Shown here in pieces: positions 1 to 12,021 of a stretch of DNA of 64,000 nt (position 1 is its first letter; each line of letters opens with the position of its first letter). Made by a program: the position numbers and the translations under genes. Source of the stretch: Granulicella sp. GTDB taxonomy: Bacteria > Acidobacteriota > Terriglobia > Terriglobales > Acidobacteriaceae. The DNA lies in NCBI GenBank assembly GCA_027339965.1, contig DAHWNL010000039.1, forward strand, positions 37,073-101,072. Direction: 5' to 3'. The notes under the pieces were generated by a model. The model was given only the letters and a program-made list of their open reading frames with translations, was not told the origin of the DNA and searched no databases.

Positions 1-1
1 G

Positions 2-2199
<2,198 letters not shown>

Positions 2200-2233
2200 G
2201 AAGGCAATCCTTCGCGGCGGGAGGAATGCCCGA

Positions 2234-3177
2234 TCAGGCCATGGCGGGGTCTGCCACCGGCGTCTTGGCCCAGACGGTGAGCGTAACGGCGGCAGAGAGA
2301 ATCAAGGCTCCAACCAGGCGAAAGAACCCAGATGCTCGTGGAGAATGAAGACGCCCACAACAGAGCCGATCAAGGGTTCCATATTGAGCAGAACTCCGGC
2401 TTGCGAAGCCGGAACCTGGGTCATTCCCCAGTTCCATAGCAGGGTGGTGGCGGCGGTGCAAAGCAAGCCGCTGGCAGCCAGCGCGGCCCAGGCTTTGAAC
2501 GAGACGCCGTGCCACGGTGGAGTTCCGTAAGCCAGGGACACGTGCAAGAGAAGCATCAGGGTGCCCGCAACTATTCCGTAGGCGGTTACGGCCACATGGT
2601 TATGCTGTTCCATAAGACGCTTGTTGAAGAGGATCCAGAACAGGGCGATAAAGAGAGAGGAGCACCAGAAGGTCACCGCCCAGCGTGGGATCGGCTCCGG
2701 ACAGGGAAAACGGGCCAGCGGAAACCTGCGAATGAGATCCGCCGAGGACGACCAGAGCCGCGCCAAGTGTGGAGGCGGCCAGAGCGGCCCAGCCCACGCC
2801 ACTGAGGTGTTCCCTGGCAAAAAGTGTAGCGCCGACCGCGAGGATCACCGGCATCGCGCCCACCATAAGCGCAGCGTGCGAGACCGTGGTGAGCGACAGG
2901 CCTTTGAGCTGGATGAGAAATTGGAGGGGAACCCGAGCAGGGCCGCAAACAGAAGCATCCCCCATTCGGCAGCGTTGAAGCGCGGGCGGTGAGCGAGCAG
3001 GAGGGGAAGAAGGCCAAGAGTTGCAAAGACGAATCGGTAGAGGACGATGGCGCCGAAGTTCATCTCACCCAGAGCGATCTTGCCCAGGAAGAAGCCGCGA
3101 CCCCAGAAGCAGCTGGCGAAAAATGCGGCCAGGAAGCCGAGAGCGCGATGCTTTCCGAAGGAGGACACAGGTCCCAT
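2234..3177 (-). pseudogene. EamA/DMT family transporter, three frameshifts
   Basis: A continuous DMT sequence (FWG..FFLGK; GLSLTTVSHAALMVGAMP; LWNWGMTQVPASQAGVLLNMEP) is spread over four overlapping ORFs, with shifts near 2933, 2655 and 2312. Confidence 0.85.
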
Positions 3178-3270
3178 TCTCGCCTCCGGCCTCTTTGGTG
3201 CTCAGAAGGACGAGCCGGGCATGCGCAGGGGCTCTTGCCTACCTCTGCGCATGCCCGGCCGCCCGCCCGG

Positions 3271-5448
3271 TTACCAGACCCGGCAATTGTTGACTGGAAC
3301 CATCGGCGAGCCCTTCTTGCATCCGAAGGCGGAGGCGAAGCCGGGCTGGTTCACGATGGCGCCGTTGGCGCGGAAGTGGGCGGGTGAATGGGGATCGGTA
3401 AGCACCTGCTCGCGAACCGCCGCAGGACGGACATTCTCACACCAGTTCTGAGCGAACGCGATATAGAAGCGCTGCGGACCGGTGTAGCCATCCACCTTTT
3501 TCTGCGTGTCGATGCCGTCCTGGCGGGCGCGATTGAGATAGGCGATAAAGGCCAGCACCAGTCCCCCGTTGTCGGCTGTGTTCTCTCCCAGGGTGAGCTT
3601 GCCGTTGACCATCACGTTATCCTTGGGGGTAGCTCCGGGAACGGCAACGAAGCTTCCGTACTCATGAACCAGACAGCCAGTGCGCTGCTCGAAGCCGGAG
3701 AGATCAGCCGCCGTCCACCAGTTGGAGAGGTTCCCGTTGGCGTCGAACTTCCTGCCCTCATCGTCGAAGCCATGGGTGAGCTCATGGCCAATGACCGCTC
3801 CAATATGACCATAATTCACGGCGAGGCCGGCGTGGGGATCATAGAACGGCGGCTGCAGGATACCGGCGGGGAAGTTGATGTCGTTCATGCTGGGGTCGTA
3901 ATAGGCGTTGATGGTGGGTGGAGTCATGTCCCACTCGTTCTTGTCTACGGGCTTGCCGATCTTGTTCAGTTCCCGGGCATTTTCAAATTCACGGGCGCGC
4001 TCCGCGTCGCCCAGCGCGTCCGTCGGCGAGATATGCAGCTTGCTGTAGTCCCGCCACTTGTCGGGATAACCGATCTTGTCCGTGATGGCGCGAAGCTTCT
4101 CTTTGGCGCGGAGTTTGGTGGCGGGGCTCATCCAGCTCAGGGTATCAATGTCCTGATCCATGGCGGCTTCGATGTCATGCACCATCTGGAGCGTCTTTTG
4201 TTTGCTGTCGCCGGCAAAGTAGTGCTCCACATAGACCTGGCCCAGCGCCTCGCCGAGGGCTCCGTCTACGGCTGAGGTGCAGCGCTTCCAGCGAGGACGC
4301 TCGGTGGGTACACCCTCCAGTTCAGTGCCGTAAAAGTGAAAGTCTTCAGCATCGATGGTCTGAGGCAGGTCGCTGGCGAAGGTACTCAGAAGATGAAAGC
4401 GGATATAGGCCCGCAGGGTGGCGAGGTCCGTCTGTTGGATGGCGGTTGCCATGGCCGGGAAGAATGCCGGACTGGCGTTCACCAGGGAGGTGATGGAGGG
4501 TGCCTGATCGGCCGTGAGGAAGGAAGTGAAGTTCAGAGGAGCAACGCTACCTTCAAAGGTCGTAAGGGATTGGGGATGGTAGATCGTCTCCGGGTCGCGG
4601 CGCTGGGTGTCGGTGAGCGAGGCGACGGCAAGCCGTGTCTCAAAGGCCAGGATGTGCTCGGCCTCGCTCTGGGCTTCAGTCGGAGCTTCGCCGGCGAGCG
4701 TGAGCATCTTGGCGACGAACTGGACGTATTCGTCGCGGACCTGCTTGTCCTTGGCTCCGGTGCGGGTGTAGTAGTCGCGCTCGGGCAGGCCAAGACCGCC
4801 CTGATCGGCCAGGGCAACCTGCTTGCTGGAGTCTTTATAGTCCTGCTCTTCGCCAAACTCGAAGAAGATATTCACGCCCATGCGATGCAGTTGGCCGGCG
4901 AGTGAGAGAAGATTGGGTCTTGTGACCTCGTCAATCTGATGAAGGAGAGGCTGCAAAGGGGTGAGACCGAGACTGTCGATGCGGCTGGTGTTCATGCAAG
5001 CTGCGTAATAGTCGCCTATCTTCTGCTGGTTGGGGGTGCGGGATGGTCCAGCCGCGGCATACCGCTTGAGGATCCCGTTCAGTTCTCGGGTCGTCACGTT
5101 GTACAGCGTTTCAAACTGATTGACCGCAGGCTGATCAGAGGGGATGGGATGGTGGGCAGCGTAGTTGCCGCAGGCAAATTTGTAGAAGTCGTTGCAGGGA
5201 TCGGCCGCGGTGTTCATGGAAGATAGATCGAAGGCCGGCGCAAGCTGATCGCCGGCAGAAGCCTTGCGGGCAGATTTGCGGGGAGCCGCCGAACTGCTGG
5301 GCTGCGATGCTGCGGCAGAGGACTGTGCCGTCCCGGCGAGGGGCAGCGTGAGGATCGCAAGGACAGCAGCGAAGCGAGTCAGGTTGAGCAGACAGCGAAT
5401 GGCCTTGCCGCACGGCAGGGCGGGATTGTGCGTACGAAACACATTCAT
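3271..5448 (-). CDS. Secreted M13 family zinc metallopeptidase (neprilysin/PepO-like)
   Basis: DPCNDFYKFACG, INAYY, GHELTHGFD (HExxH), GENTAD and DPHSP motifs; signal peptide; GGAGA RBS before ATG 5448. Confidence 0.95.
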   Translation of the reverse strand: MNVFRTHNPALPCGKAIRCLLNLTRFAAVLAILTLPLAGTAQSSAAASQPSSSAAPRKSARKASAGDQLAPAFDLSSMNTAADPCNDFYKFACGNYAAHHPIPSDQPAVNQFETLYNVTTRELNGILKRYAAAGPSRTPNQQKIGDYYAACMNTSRIDSLGLTPLQPLLHQIDEVTRPNLLSLAGQLHRMGVNIFFEFGEEQDYKDSSKQVALADQGGLGLPERDYYTRTGAKDKQVRDEYVQFVAKMLTLAGEAPTEAQSEAEHILAFETRLAVASLTDTQRRDPETIYHPQSLTTFEGSVAPLNFTSFLTADQAPSITSLVNASPAFFPAMATAIQQTDLATLRAYIRFHLLSTFASDLPQTIDAEDFHFYGTELEGVPTERPRWKRCTSAVDGALGEALGQVYVEHYFAGDSKQKTLQMVHDIEAAMDQDIDTLSWMSPATKLRAKEKLRAITDKIGYPDKWRDYSKLHISPTDALGDAERAREFENARELNKIGKPVDKNEWDMTPPTINAYYDPSMNDINFPAGILQPPFYDPHAGLAVNYGHIGAVIGHELTHGFDDEGRKFDANGNLSNWWTAADLSGFEQRTGCLVHEYGSFVAVPGATPKDNVMVNGKLTLGENTADNGGLVLAFIAYLNRARQDGIDTQKKVDGYTGPQRFYIAFAQNWCENVRPAAVREQVLTDPHSPAHFRANGAIVNQPGFASAFGCKKGSPMVPVNNCRVW

Positions 5449-5626
5449 TGAAAGGTCTCCAAGTAGATTGATGTGGATTGGTTCTTTCACCCGTGAAACC
5501 GGAGCGATCTATATGAGGGGCGACGGAGAAAACAGTGTCCAGGGCACAGGACAGCTCGACAGAAGTAGTGTACGCGCGCCGGACCGAGGAGGTTCCGCGT
5601 CAACCGTAGCACAGAGCGCCGTCCAC

Positions 5627-5654
5627 AAAGAAGAGGCCAGCGCGCGGCTGGCCT
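5627..5654 (-). terminator. Probable intrinsic terminator after rpsT
   Basis: AGGCCAGC-N5-GCTGGCCT stem followed by CTTCTTT on the minus strand, just downstream of the rpsT stop. Confidence 0.6.
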
Positions 5655-5681
5655 GGTGGGTTGTGGAGATTTCAGGAGGGC

Positions 5682-5957
5682 TCAGGCGGCCTTGGTGACA
5701 ATCGCCTTGACCCTGGCGTTGAGGCGGGCCTTATAGCGATTTGCGGTGTTCTTGTGCAGAACACCCTTCTGGACGCTTTTGTCCAGAATCGAAACGGTCG
5801 AGCGGTAGGCCGTCGTCAGCGTACTTTTGTCGCCTGCGGCGAGGGCCTCGCGCATGAAACGGAGAGCGCTGCGGAGCTTCGAGCGGTTAGCCCGGTTGAC
5901 GGCTGTCCGGGTAAGGGTTTGGCGGGCGCGCTTGAGCGATGAAACGTGGTTTGCCAT
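5682..5957 (-). CDS. rpsT: 30S ribosomal protein S20
   Basis: [13 protein letters not shown]...[16 protein letters not shown]. Confidence 0.98.
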   Translation of the reverse strand: MANHVSSLKRARQTLTRTAVNRANRSKLRSALRFMREALAAGDKSTLTTAYRSTVSILDKSVQKGVLHKNTANRYKARLNARVKAIVTKAA

Positions 5958-6543
5958 GATGCGAGACTCTTTTCTTTTTGCCCGGGATTACCGTCTTGTG
6001 CCAGGCAACCAAAACCAGGCAGGAATGAAGGCTTAAGCGGGAAAATGGGATGCAGACCGGAAGCTGATGCGCTTCTCCGACTCCTCAAGAGCTGGGTATC
6101 GCAGTGCAGCCACTCCTCTGCAACTCTGATTCTACGAGATTTATGTCAGCGGGTCCAGAGATAGGGCAAAAGAAAAATCTAGCCAAAGGTCTCGGGAATT
6201 CCTGGCGGCAGCGCCAATCCAACGGACGGCCTCGCCGCTGCGCCCCGGCCGCCGGAGGGATGCAACCGAGTGCGCCCTATGGTTCCGATTTATGCAGATG
6301 CACCTTGACGCGTGAAGCTGCTCAGGGGTACTCTCTGGGGCAAGATCGATACTCTATTGGCAAAGCTAGCCAATCCGGTCGTTCTACAGTGGGCGAGGGA
6401 TGTCCTGGCCGCTGAGATCGTCAGTGCGCCATCGGGCGAAGTCGCACAATGCGATATAGAGTCGATGCTATTTCCCTTGCAGTCAGAACCGCGAGAGCGC
6501 AAGCTCTCTCCTTGCAATCTCCTGACGGAGGTCAGGCTACTAC

Positions 6544-7575
6544 TTGGTCAAAAAATCCCTGAATCTCACCCCTGGAATTGAGCCGCTGTATGGCACGCGC
6601 GACGAGAACCTTCGCCTGATGGAAGACGGTCTGGGCGTACAGATTGATCTTCGATCGGAGAGCATCCATCTGATGGGGGAGGCTGCAGCGGTAGCCCGAG
6701 TCGAGGGAATCTTCCTTGACTTTGAACAGCTTCGTAAACTGGGCGTGCATCTGCATAATGGCGAACTGAACGCCTTGCTGAAGATGGTGGTGGCTGATCC
6801 GACTGTGACCCTGCGGGGGCTGGTGGAGACCGGCAAGCAGCGCGCGATTGGAGCCAAGCGCGCCGTGCAGCCGCGCAGCCCAAACCAGCGAAAATATGTG
6901 GAATTCATTGAGTCTCACGACATGGTCTTCGGATTGGGTCCAGCCGGAACAGGCAAAACCTACCTGGCCGTGGCCATGGCGGTCAGCGCACTGCTAACCA
7001 AGAAGGTTTCGCGGATCATCCTGGTACGGCCGGCGGTGGAGGCCGGTGAGCGGCTGGGCTTTCTGCCTGGGAGCCTACAGGAAAAGGTGGACCCCTATCT
7101 GCGGCCGCTCTACGACGCTCTCTACGACCTGCTGGACCCGGGCAAAGTGGACAAGATGCTGGAGAGCAACGTGATCGAGATTGCGCCGCTTGCGTTCATG
7201 CGGGGACGCACCCTTCATGACGCTTTCATCATCATGGATGAGGCACAGAATACGACCAGCGAACAGATGAAGATGTTCCTGACTCGCATGGGGAACCAGT
7301 CCAAAGCGGTGATCACAGGCGATCTCTCTCAATGCGATCTGCCCAACCCCAAGCGCAGCGGGCTGTTGGAAGCCTTGCGCGTCCTGGATGGAGTGGAGGG
7401 TATCCGCTTCTGCCATTTCGAGGATGTGGATGTGGTGCGGCACCATCTGGTGCAGCGCATCGTACGGGCTTATGACACTTATGATCGAGCCGAACAACTG
7501 CCCTTGGCCGTGGATGGAGTTCCGCTGACCATCGAGGTAGAAGAGCAGCCCAAGCGAGTGCTGCACCCGCAATAA
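6544..7575 (+). CDS. phoH: PhoH family ATPase (YbeZ-like)
   Basis: GPAGTGKTYLA, RPAVEAGERLGFLPG, PLAFMRGRTL and DEAQN motifs. Confidence 0.96.
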   Translation: MVKKSLNLTPGIEPLYGTRDENLRLMEDGLGVQIDLRSESIHLMGEAAAVARVEGIFLDFEQLRKLGVHLHNGELNALLKMVVADPTVTLRGLVETGKQRAIGAKRAVQPRSPNQRKYVEFIESHDMVFGLGPAGTGKTYLAVAMAVSALLTKKVSRIILVRPAVEAGERLGFLPGSLQEKVDPYLRPLYDALYDLLDPGKVDKMLESNVIEIAPLAFMRGRTLHDAFIIMDEAQNTTSEQMKMFLTRMGNQSKAVITGDLSQCDLPNPKRSGLLEALRVLDGVEGIRFCHFEDVDVVRHHLVQRIVRAYDTYDRAEQLPLAVDGVPLTIEVEEQPKRVLHPQ

Positions 7576-7605
7576 TGCTTCCCCGATGTGTGGAGTTCAC
7601 AGGTC

Positions 7606-7914
7606 ATGCCATGGCACTTCTATCTGCTGGACTTTCTGAGCGGTACGTTGTTGGTCAACGGTGTGCCGCACTTTGTGCAAGGACTCAGCGGCGTTCCTTT
7701 TCCATCCCCCTTCGCCAAACCGCCGGGCAAAGGTGACTCTTCGCCCCTGATCAATGCGCTGTGGGGATTCGGCAACCTGACGGCGGGAGCGCTGCTGCTG
7801 CATCGCTTCTCTCCGGTGAATCCTTGGGGGTGGATGACGGAGGGCGTCGGCGCCCTGGCAATGTCGGTGCAGCTCTCGATGTACTTTGGCAAGGTGCGAA
7901 CCTGGCCCAGATGA
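7606..7914 (+). CDS. Small hypothetical membrane protein
   Basis: About 102 aa with three hydrophobic segments and NGVPHFVQG..G.PFPSPFA; co-oriented inside the phoH-ybeY cluster. Confidence 0.75.
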   Translation: MPWHFYLLDFLSGTLLVNGVPHFVQGLSGVPFPSPFAKPPGKGDSSPLINALWGFGNLTAGALLLHRFSPVNPWGWMTEGVGALAMSVQLSMYFGKVRTWPR

Positions 7915-8041
7915 TCCTTGCGCCAGATGATCCTCGCGCAGGCTAAACACCAGGCCTGAAGCCGACTTCACCGATGCGCGATGAACACCCGGCGCGATGA
8001 ACTTCCGGCGCTTCTTTGAATGCGATAGCATCGGAGCAAGC

Positions 8042-8578
8042 ATGATCACCCTGGAACCTCGCCGAGTGTCGGCCGCCAAGGATGGCAAGCCAGCGGTTGT
8101 AGTAGGCTCCGCGGCATGGAAGACGCTGGGATTATCCCGGGCCGGATTGAGCCGCTACCTGCGGGTAGCGCAAAAGGCAGCCGGGTTGCAGGGTGAGGTG
8201 GATGTTCTGCTGGCCGGAGACCGCACCCTGCGGCGCCTCAATCGGGAGTTCCGGGGGAAAGACAAGGCCACCGATGTACTTAGCTTTCCCTGCCTGGCCG
8301 AGACTGCCGGAGAATACGCCGGGGATCTGGCGATCTCGCTGGAGACAGCGCAGCGGCAGGCCCGGGAACACGGGCACACGCTGCGAGACGAGGTGCGGGT
8401 CCTGCTGCTGCATGGAGTGCTTCATCTTTTGGGGATGGATCATGAGACTGACGGCGGCACGATGGCCTTGCGCGAAAGCCATCTGCGCGCCAGGCTGCGC
8501 CTGCCGGATGGTTTGATCGCCAGGTCCAGCCGGGCAACGGCCAAGACAAAGTCAAAGCCCTCCAAGGTGCGCCCATGA
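8042..8578 (+). CDS. ybeY: rRNA maturation RNase YbeY
   Basis: LNREFRGKDKATDVLSFP and HGVLHLLGMDH motifs; the stop overlaps the next start. Confidence 0.96.
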   Translation: MITLEPRRVSAAKDGKPAVVVGSAAWKTLGLSRAGLSRYLRVAQKAAGLQGEVDVLLAGDRTLRRLNREFRGKDKATDVLSFPCLAETAGEYAGDLAISLETAQRQAREHGHTLRDEVRVLLLHGVLHLLGMDHETDGGTMALRESHLRARLRLPDGLIARSSRATAKTKSKPSKVRP

Positions 8579-9945
8579 TCACGGGGTATGATCTGCTGGT
8601 GTTTCTGCTGCTGAGCCTTCTGGCGCTGGCGGCCTATGTTGACCGGATTTACTTTGAGATGGGCAAGTTTCTCGCCCGGGAGTATACCGAGAACATCGAT
8701 GCCTGGGAGCGCGGCGTCGAGCCCCGACTGAATCTCAGCCGCCAGTCCTCGGCGATGGCAGCCTCCGTTCTGCGCCAGCTTGCCTTAGGCGCCCTGGTGT
8801 TTCTGCTGGCAATCCATCTTCATGGCAAAATCGGAAAAAGCCCGGTAGAGATTGCGAGAACGGTCTTTGAGCTGCTCCTCGCGCTGCTGGTCTTTGACCG
8901 CCTGCTGCCGCAGATCTTCTTCACCAAGACTGCCGGTGAGTGGACCTCTAGAATTGCCTGGCTGATTCGTGTGCTTTTCTATCTGGTCATGCCTCTGACC
9001 CTGGTCATCGGTCTGCTGCTCTCCATCGCCGGCCTGGCGGAAGCAGAGATGGAACACGCGGAGAACCCCGGCGAGGCCATGGATGCTCTGCTCGAAGCAG
9101 GTGAAGAGGAGGGTGTACTGGACGAAGAAGACCGCGAACTGGTGCGCAGCGTGGTCGAGTTTGGCGATAAGGTGGTGCGTGAGGTGATGACCCCGCGGCC
9201 GGAGATGTTTGCCGTTTCCGGAATGACTTCGCTGGAACAGTTCACCGCGGAGGTGAATGCCCATAACTTCTCGCGCGTGCCAGTCTTTGGGGACTCGCTG
9301 GATCGCATTACCGGTGTTGCCTTCGCCCGCGATCTGCTGGCCGTCCAGGATGCAGACGCCGCCCGCATGACCGTGGCGGAGCTCCAGCGCCCCGCTTTGT
9401 TCATTCCGGAGACCAAGAAGGTGAATGAACTGCTCCGCGAGATGCAACAGCAGAAGCAGCACATGGGCATCGTGATCGATGAGTATGGCGGTGTCGCCGG
9501 CCTGGTCACCATCGAAGACCTGATTGAAGCCATCGTGGGAGAGATTGAAGACGAGCATGACACGGATACCGAGGGAGAGATGCCGGTTGCCGAGCCCGAT
9601 GGGGCCTGGATCGTTCCAGGGAACTTTGAGGTAGCACGGCTGCGTGAGCTGCTGGAGGGGTTGGCTGCGAGCACGGCTTTCACAGAACGCTTAGAGGACG
9701 ACGAGGAGACATTCGCCGATGTGGAGGAACATCACGAAGAACAGACCCTGGCGCAACTGCTGATGAGGCATGAAGCCACCACCGTGGGTGGGTTGGCCAG
9801 CGAAATGGCCGGTCATATTCCGCTTCCCGGTGAGGTGGTCCAGGAAGGGCCATTGCGGCTCGAAGTGCTGGCATCGACGGACCGCAAGGTGGAGCGGGTC
9901 CGGGTGGGGCTCAGACGGTATCCGGCCGGAAGCACAGGGGCATAG
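8575..9945 (+). CDS. Hemolysin/CorC-HlyC family protein (CNNM membrane domain, CBS pair, CorC C-terminal domain)
   Basis: N-terminal TM helices, VREVMTPR, FSRVPV, IVIDEYGGVAGLVTIEDLIEAIVGEIEDEHD. Confidence 0.93.
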   Translation: MITGYDLLVFLLLSLLALAAYVDRIYFEMGKFLAREYTENIDAWERGVEPRLNLSRQSSAMAASVLRQLALGALVFLLAIHLHGKIGKSPVEIARTVFELLLALLVFDRLLPQIFFTKTAGEWTSRIAWLIRVLFYLVMPLTLVIGLLLSIAGLAEAEMEHAENPGEAMDALLEAGEEEGVLDEEDRELVRSVVEFGDKVVREVMTPRPEMFAVSGMTSLEQFTAEVNAHNFSRVPVFGDSLDRITGVAFARDLLAVQDADAARMTVAELQRPALFIPETKKVNELLREMQQQKQHMGIVIDEYGGVAGLVTIEDLIEAIVGEIEDEHDTDTEGEMPVAEPDGAWIVPGNFEVARLRELLEGLAASTAFTERLEDDEETFADVEEHHEEQTLAQLLMRHEATTVGGLASEMAGHIPLPGEVVQEGPLRLEVLASTDRKVERVRVGLRRYPAGSTGA

Positions 9946-10098
9946 ACGCCGGGCTCCATTCCTCCGCCTTCACGGGCTTTGGGCAGCGCGTAGTTCCCCT
10001 CCCCGCCGGTCCTCTGTGCGGGAGAGTATCTCGCCGGAGCAGCAAGACGCACCCGGCTGGCAAGCGCACAGACTCACATCCGGTGTCATCATAGTAGG

Positions 10099-11253
10099 AT
10101 GGGACTTCGTACTGGCTTTGTTTCGATTATTGGCCGCCCGAATGCAGGCAAGTCTACGCTGTTGAATGCCTTGCTGGGGCAGAAGCTGGCGATCGTGACG
10201 CATAAGCCCCAAACGACGCGGTCGCGCATCCAGGGGGTATTGGATCTGCCGGTGCGCAAGAAGGCCAAAGGCGATCCGGGCCGGCCCGCCGCGCAGGTGG
10301 TGCTGGTGGATACACCGGGGGTCCATAAGCCCGAAACACAGTTGGATAGGCGCATGATGCAGGAGGTGCAGGATGCGTTGGAGTCGCGCGATGCGGTGAT
10401 CTTTCTGGTAGACGCCACGCATCGACTGACCGGTCCTCAAGCTGAAAAGCCCCATCCCATGCACTTGACGAGCGCCGATCTGGTCCAGACCACTTCTCAG
10501 ACGCAGGAGCGCCAATCTCCATCTCAGGGACAACGGCGGAGAGCGCTATCAAAGGCCGAAGATGATCTTGCCCTTAACTTAGTCAAGCAAGTGGACTGCC
10601 CGGTGATTCTGGTGCTCAACAAGATTGACGCGTTGCCCAAGCGAGCGCTTCTGCCGCTGATCGAGTACTGGAGTTCACAGCACGAGTTTGCCGAGGTGAT
10701 TCCGATCTCCGCCAAGAAGCGGGAGGGTTTGGAACTTCTGCTGGATACGGTAGTGCAACATCTGCCCGAAGGACAGCGATACTTTCCAAAGAGCCAGTTA
10801 ACGGATCAGCCGGAAAGATTTCTGGCAGCCGAGGTGATTCGTGAGAAGATTCTGCTATTGACAGGCGAAGAGGTTCCCTACGCCACCGCCGTCGTGATGG
10901 AACGCTATGAGGAGCCGGCTTCGCTGCGCCGGGGACGCGACGGGAAGCTCCCTATCACCCGGATGACGGCGGCGATCTACTGCGAGCGTGCCGGCCAGAA
11001 GGCGATCCTGATCGGGAAGCAGGGAGCCATGCTCAAGCGGATTGGGACTCTGGCGCGCAAGGAGATCGAGAGTCTGCTGGGAACCAGGGTGTTCCTGGAA
11101 CTATTTGTGAAGGTGCAGGATGAGTGGCGCAGTTCGCCTGGCTTTGTGGAAGATCTGGACTGGCGGCGGCAACTGGAGCAGTTGGCGGAGAAGCAGCATC
11201 GAGATCAAGGACTGGCGGAGAGCCGGACAAGGCAAGTGGAGGACACTGTTTGA
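10099..11253 (+). CDS. era: GTPase Era
   Basis: GRPNAGKSTL, KPQTTR, DTPG, NKID, EEVPY and the KH motif ILIGKQGAMLKRIG. Confidence 0.97.
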   Translation: MGLRTGFVSIIGRPNAGKSTLLNALLGQKLAIVTHKPQTTRSRIQGVLDLPVRKKAKGDPGRPAAQVVLVDTPGVHKPETQLDRRMMQEVQDALESRDAVIFLVDATHRLTGPQAEKPHPMHLTSADLVQTTSQTQERQSPSQGQRRRALSKAEDDLALNLVKQVDCPVILVLNKIDALPKRALLPLIEYWSSQHEFAEVIPISAKKREGLELLLDTVVQHLPEGQRYFPKSQLTDQPERFLAAEVIREKILLLTGEEVPYATAVVMERYEEPASLRRGRDGKLPITRMTAAIYCERAGQKAILIGKQGAMLKRIGTLARKEIESLLGTRVFLELFVKVQDEWRSSPGFVEDLDWRRQLEQLAEKQHRDQGLAESRTRQVEDTV

Positions 11254-11834
11254 TTGATTTCATGCAATGGGGAGCCGTTCTTGGCCTTAAGTCCCGGCCA
11301 CGGCGCACGGCCGAACTGAAGGCCGGCCAACTGCGTCTGGTGGCGATCACCCCCGAGATGCTGCTGGCCGAGCAAGAGGCCGATGCGGCCAGATTGGGAA
11401 GCCTGCTGCGTGCCCGGCTGACCGACGAGTGGCCTCCGGTGGAGTGGGAGCCGTATTTGCACAAGATGATTCAAAAGCAGTACGACGAGTTGCCGGCGAG
11501 CTTCGGTTGGCACCGCTACGTTCTGCTGACAGGCGGTCTGGGTCGGCCGCGCACGCTGGCAGGTGCAATTGGAGGCTTTCCCCGGGCGCATGGCGATGTG
11601 GAGATCGGCTATTCCACGCTGCCCGCATTTCAGCGTCGAGGTTATGCGACGGCGGCTGCGCGAACCTTTGTGGCCTGGCTCCTCACACAGCAATGCGTCC
11701 ATTCTGTCAGCGCGCAAGCCTATCTGCAGGTGCCGGAGTCGATCAAGGTGATGGAGCGTTGCGGAATGGGCTGCGTGGGCGAGGGTGATGAACCGGGGAC
11801 GGTCCGCTATCGGAAGATGCGTTCGCTACAGTAG
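11250..11834 (+). CDS. GNAT (RimJ/RimL-like) N-acetyltransferase
   Basis: VEIGYSTLPAFQRRGYATAA and SIKVMERCGM. The TTG start overlaps the era stop and has a GGAGG RBS; ATG 11262 is an alternative. Confidence 0.88.
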   Translation: MIDFMQWGAVLGLKSRPRRTAELKAGQLRLVAITPEMLLAEQEADAARLGSLLRARLTDEWPPVEWEPYLHKMIQKQYDELPASFGWHRYVLLTGGLGRPRTLAGAIGGFPRAHGDVEIGYSTLPAFQRRGYATAAARTFVAWLLTQQCVHSVSAQAYLQVPESIKVMERCGMGCVGEGDEPGTVRYRKMRSLQ

Positions 11835-11850
11835 CGGGCCGCTACTGTAG
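11826..11850. terminator. Perfect inverted repeat over the GNAT stop codon; possible terminator between convergent genes
   Basis: CTACAGTAGCGG-G-CCGCTACTGTAG, 12 bp arms. Confidence 0.45.
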
Positions 11851-12021
11851 GGGTACTGTTACGTCAGAAAGATCGACGGTCGCCTTTGCACGGGGGCGAC
11901 CAGATCGGATTCTTTCGAGAGCGCATTAAAAAGCCAACGCCGCTCCTGGCTGACGCCCAGCGCGGATGGCTCCAAACCGCCTAGCTTCAAGCCAGCGGGG
12001 CCCAGCGAAGTTCCGCTATTG

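Noticed and set aside
5958..6543. Long rpsT-phoH intergenic region as an ncRNA or small gene
   Set aside because: No recognisable RNA family, tRNA fold or credible ORF; most simply a divergent promoter region.
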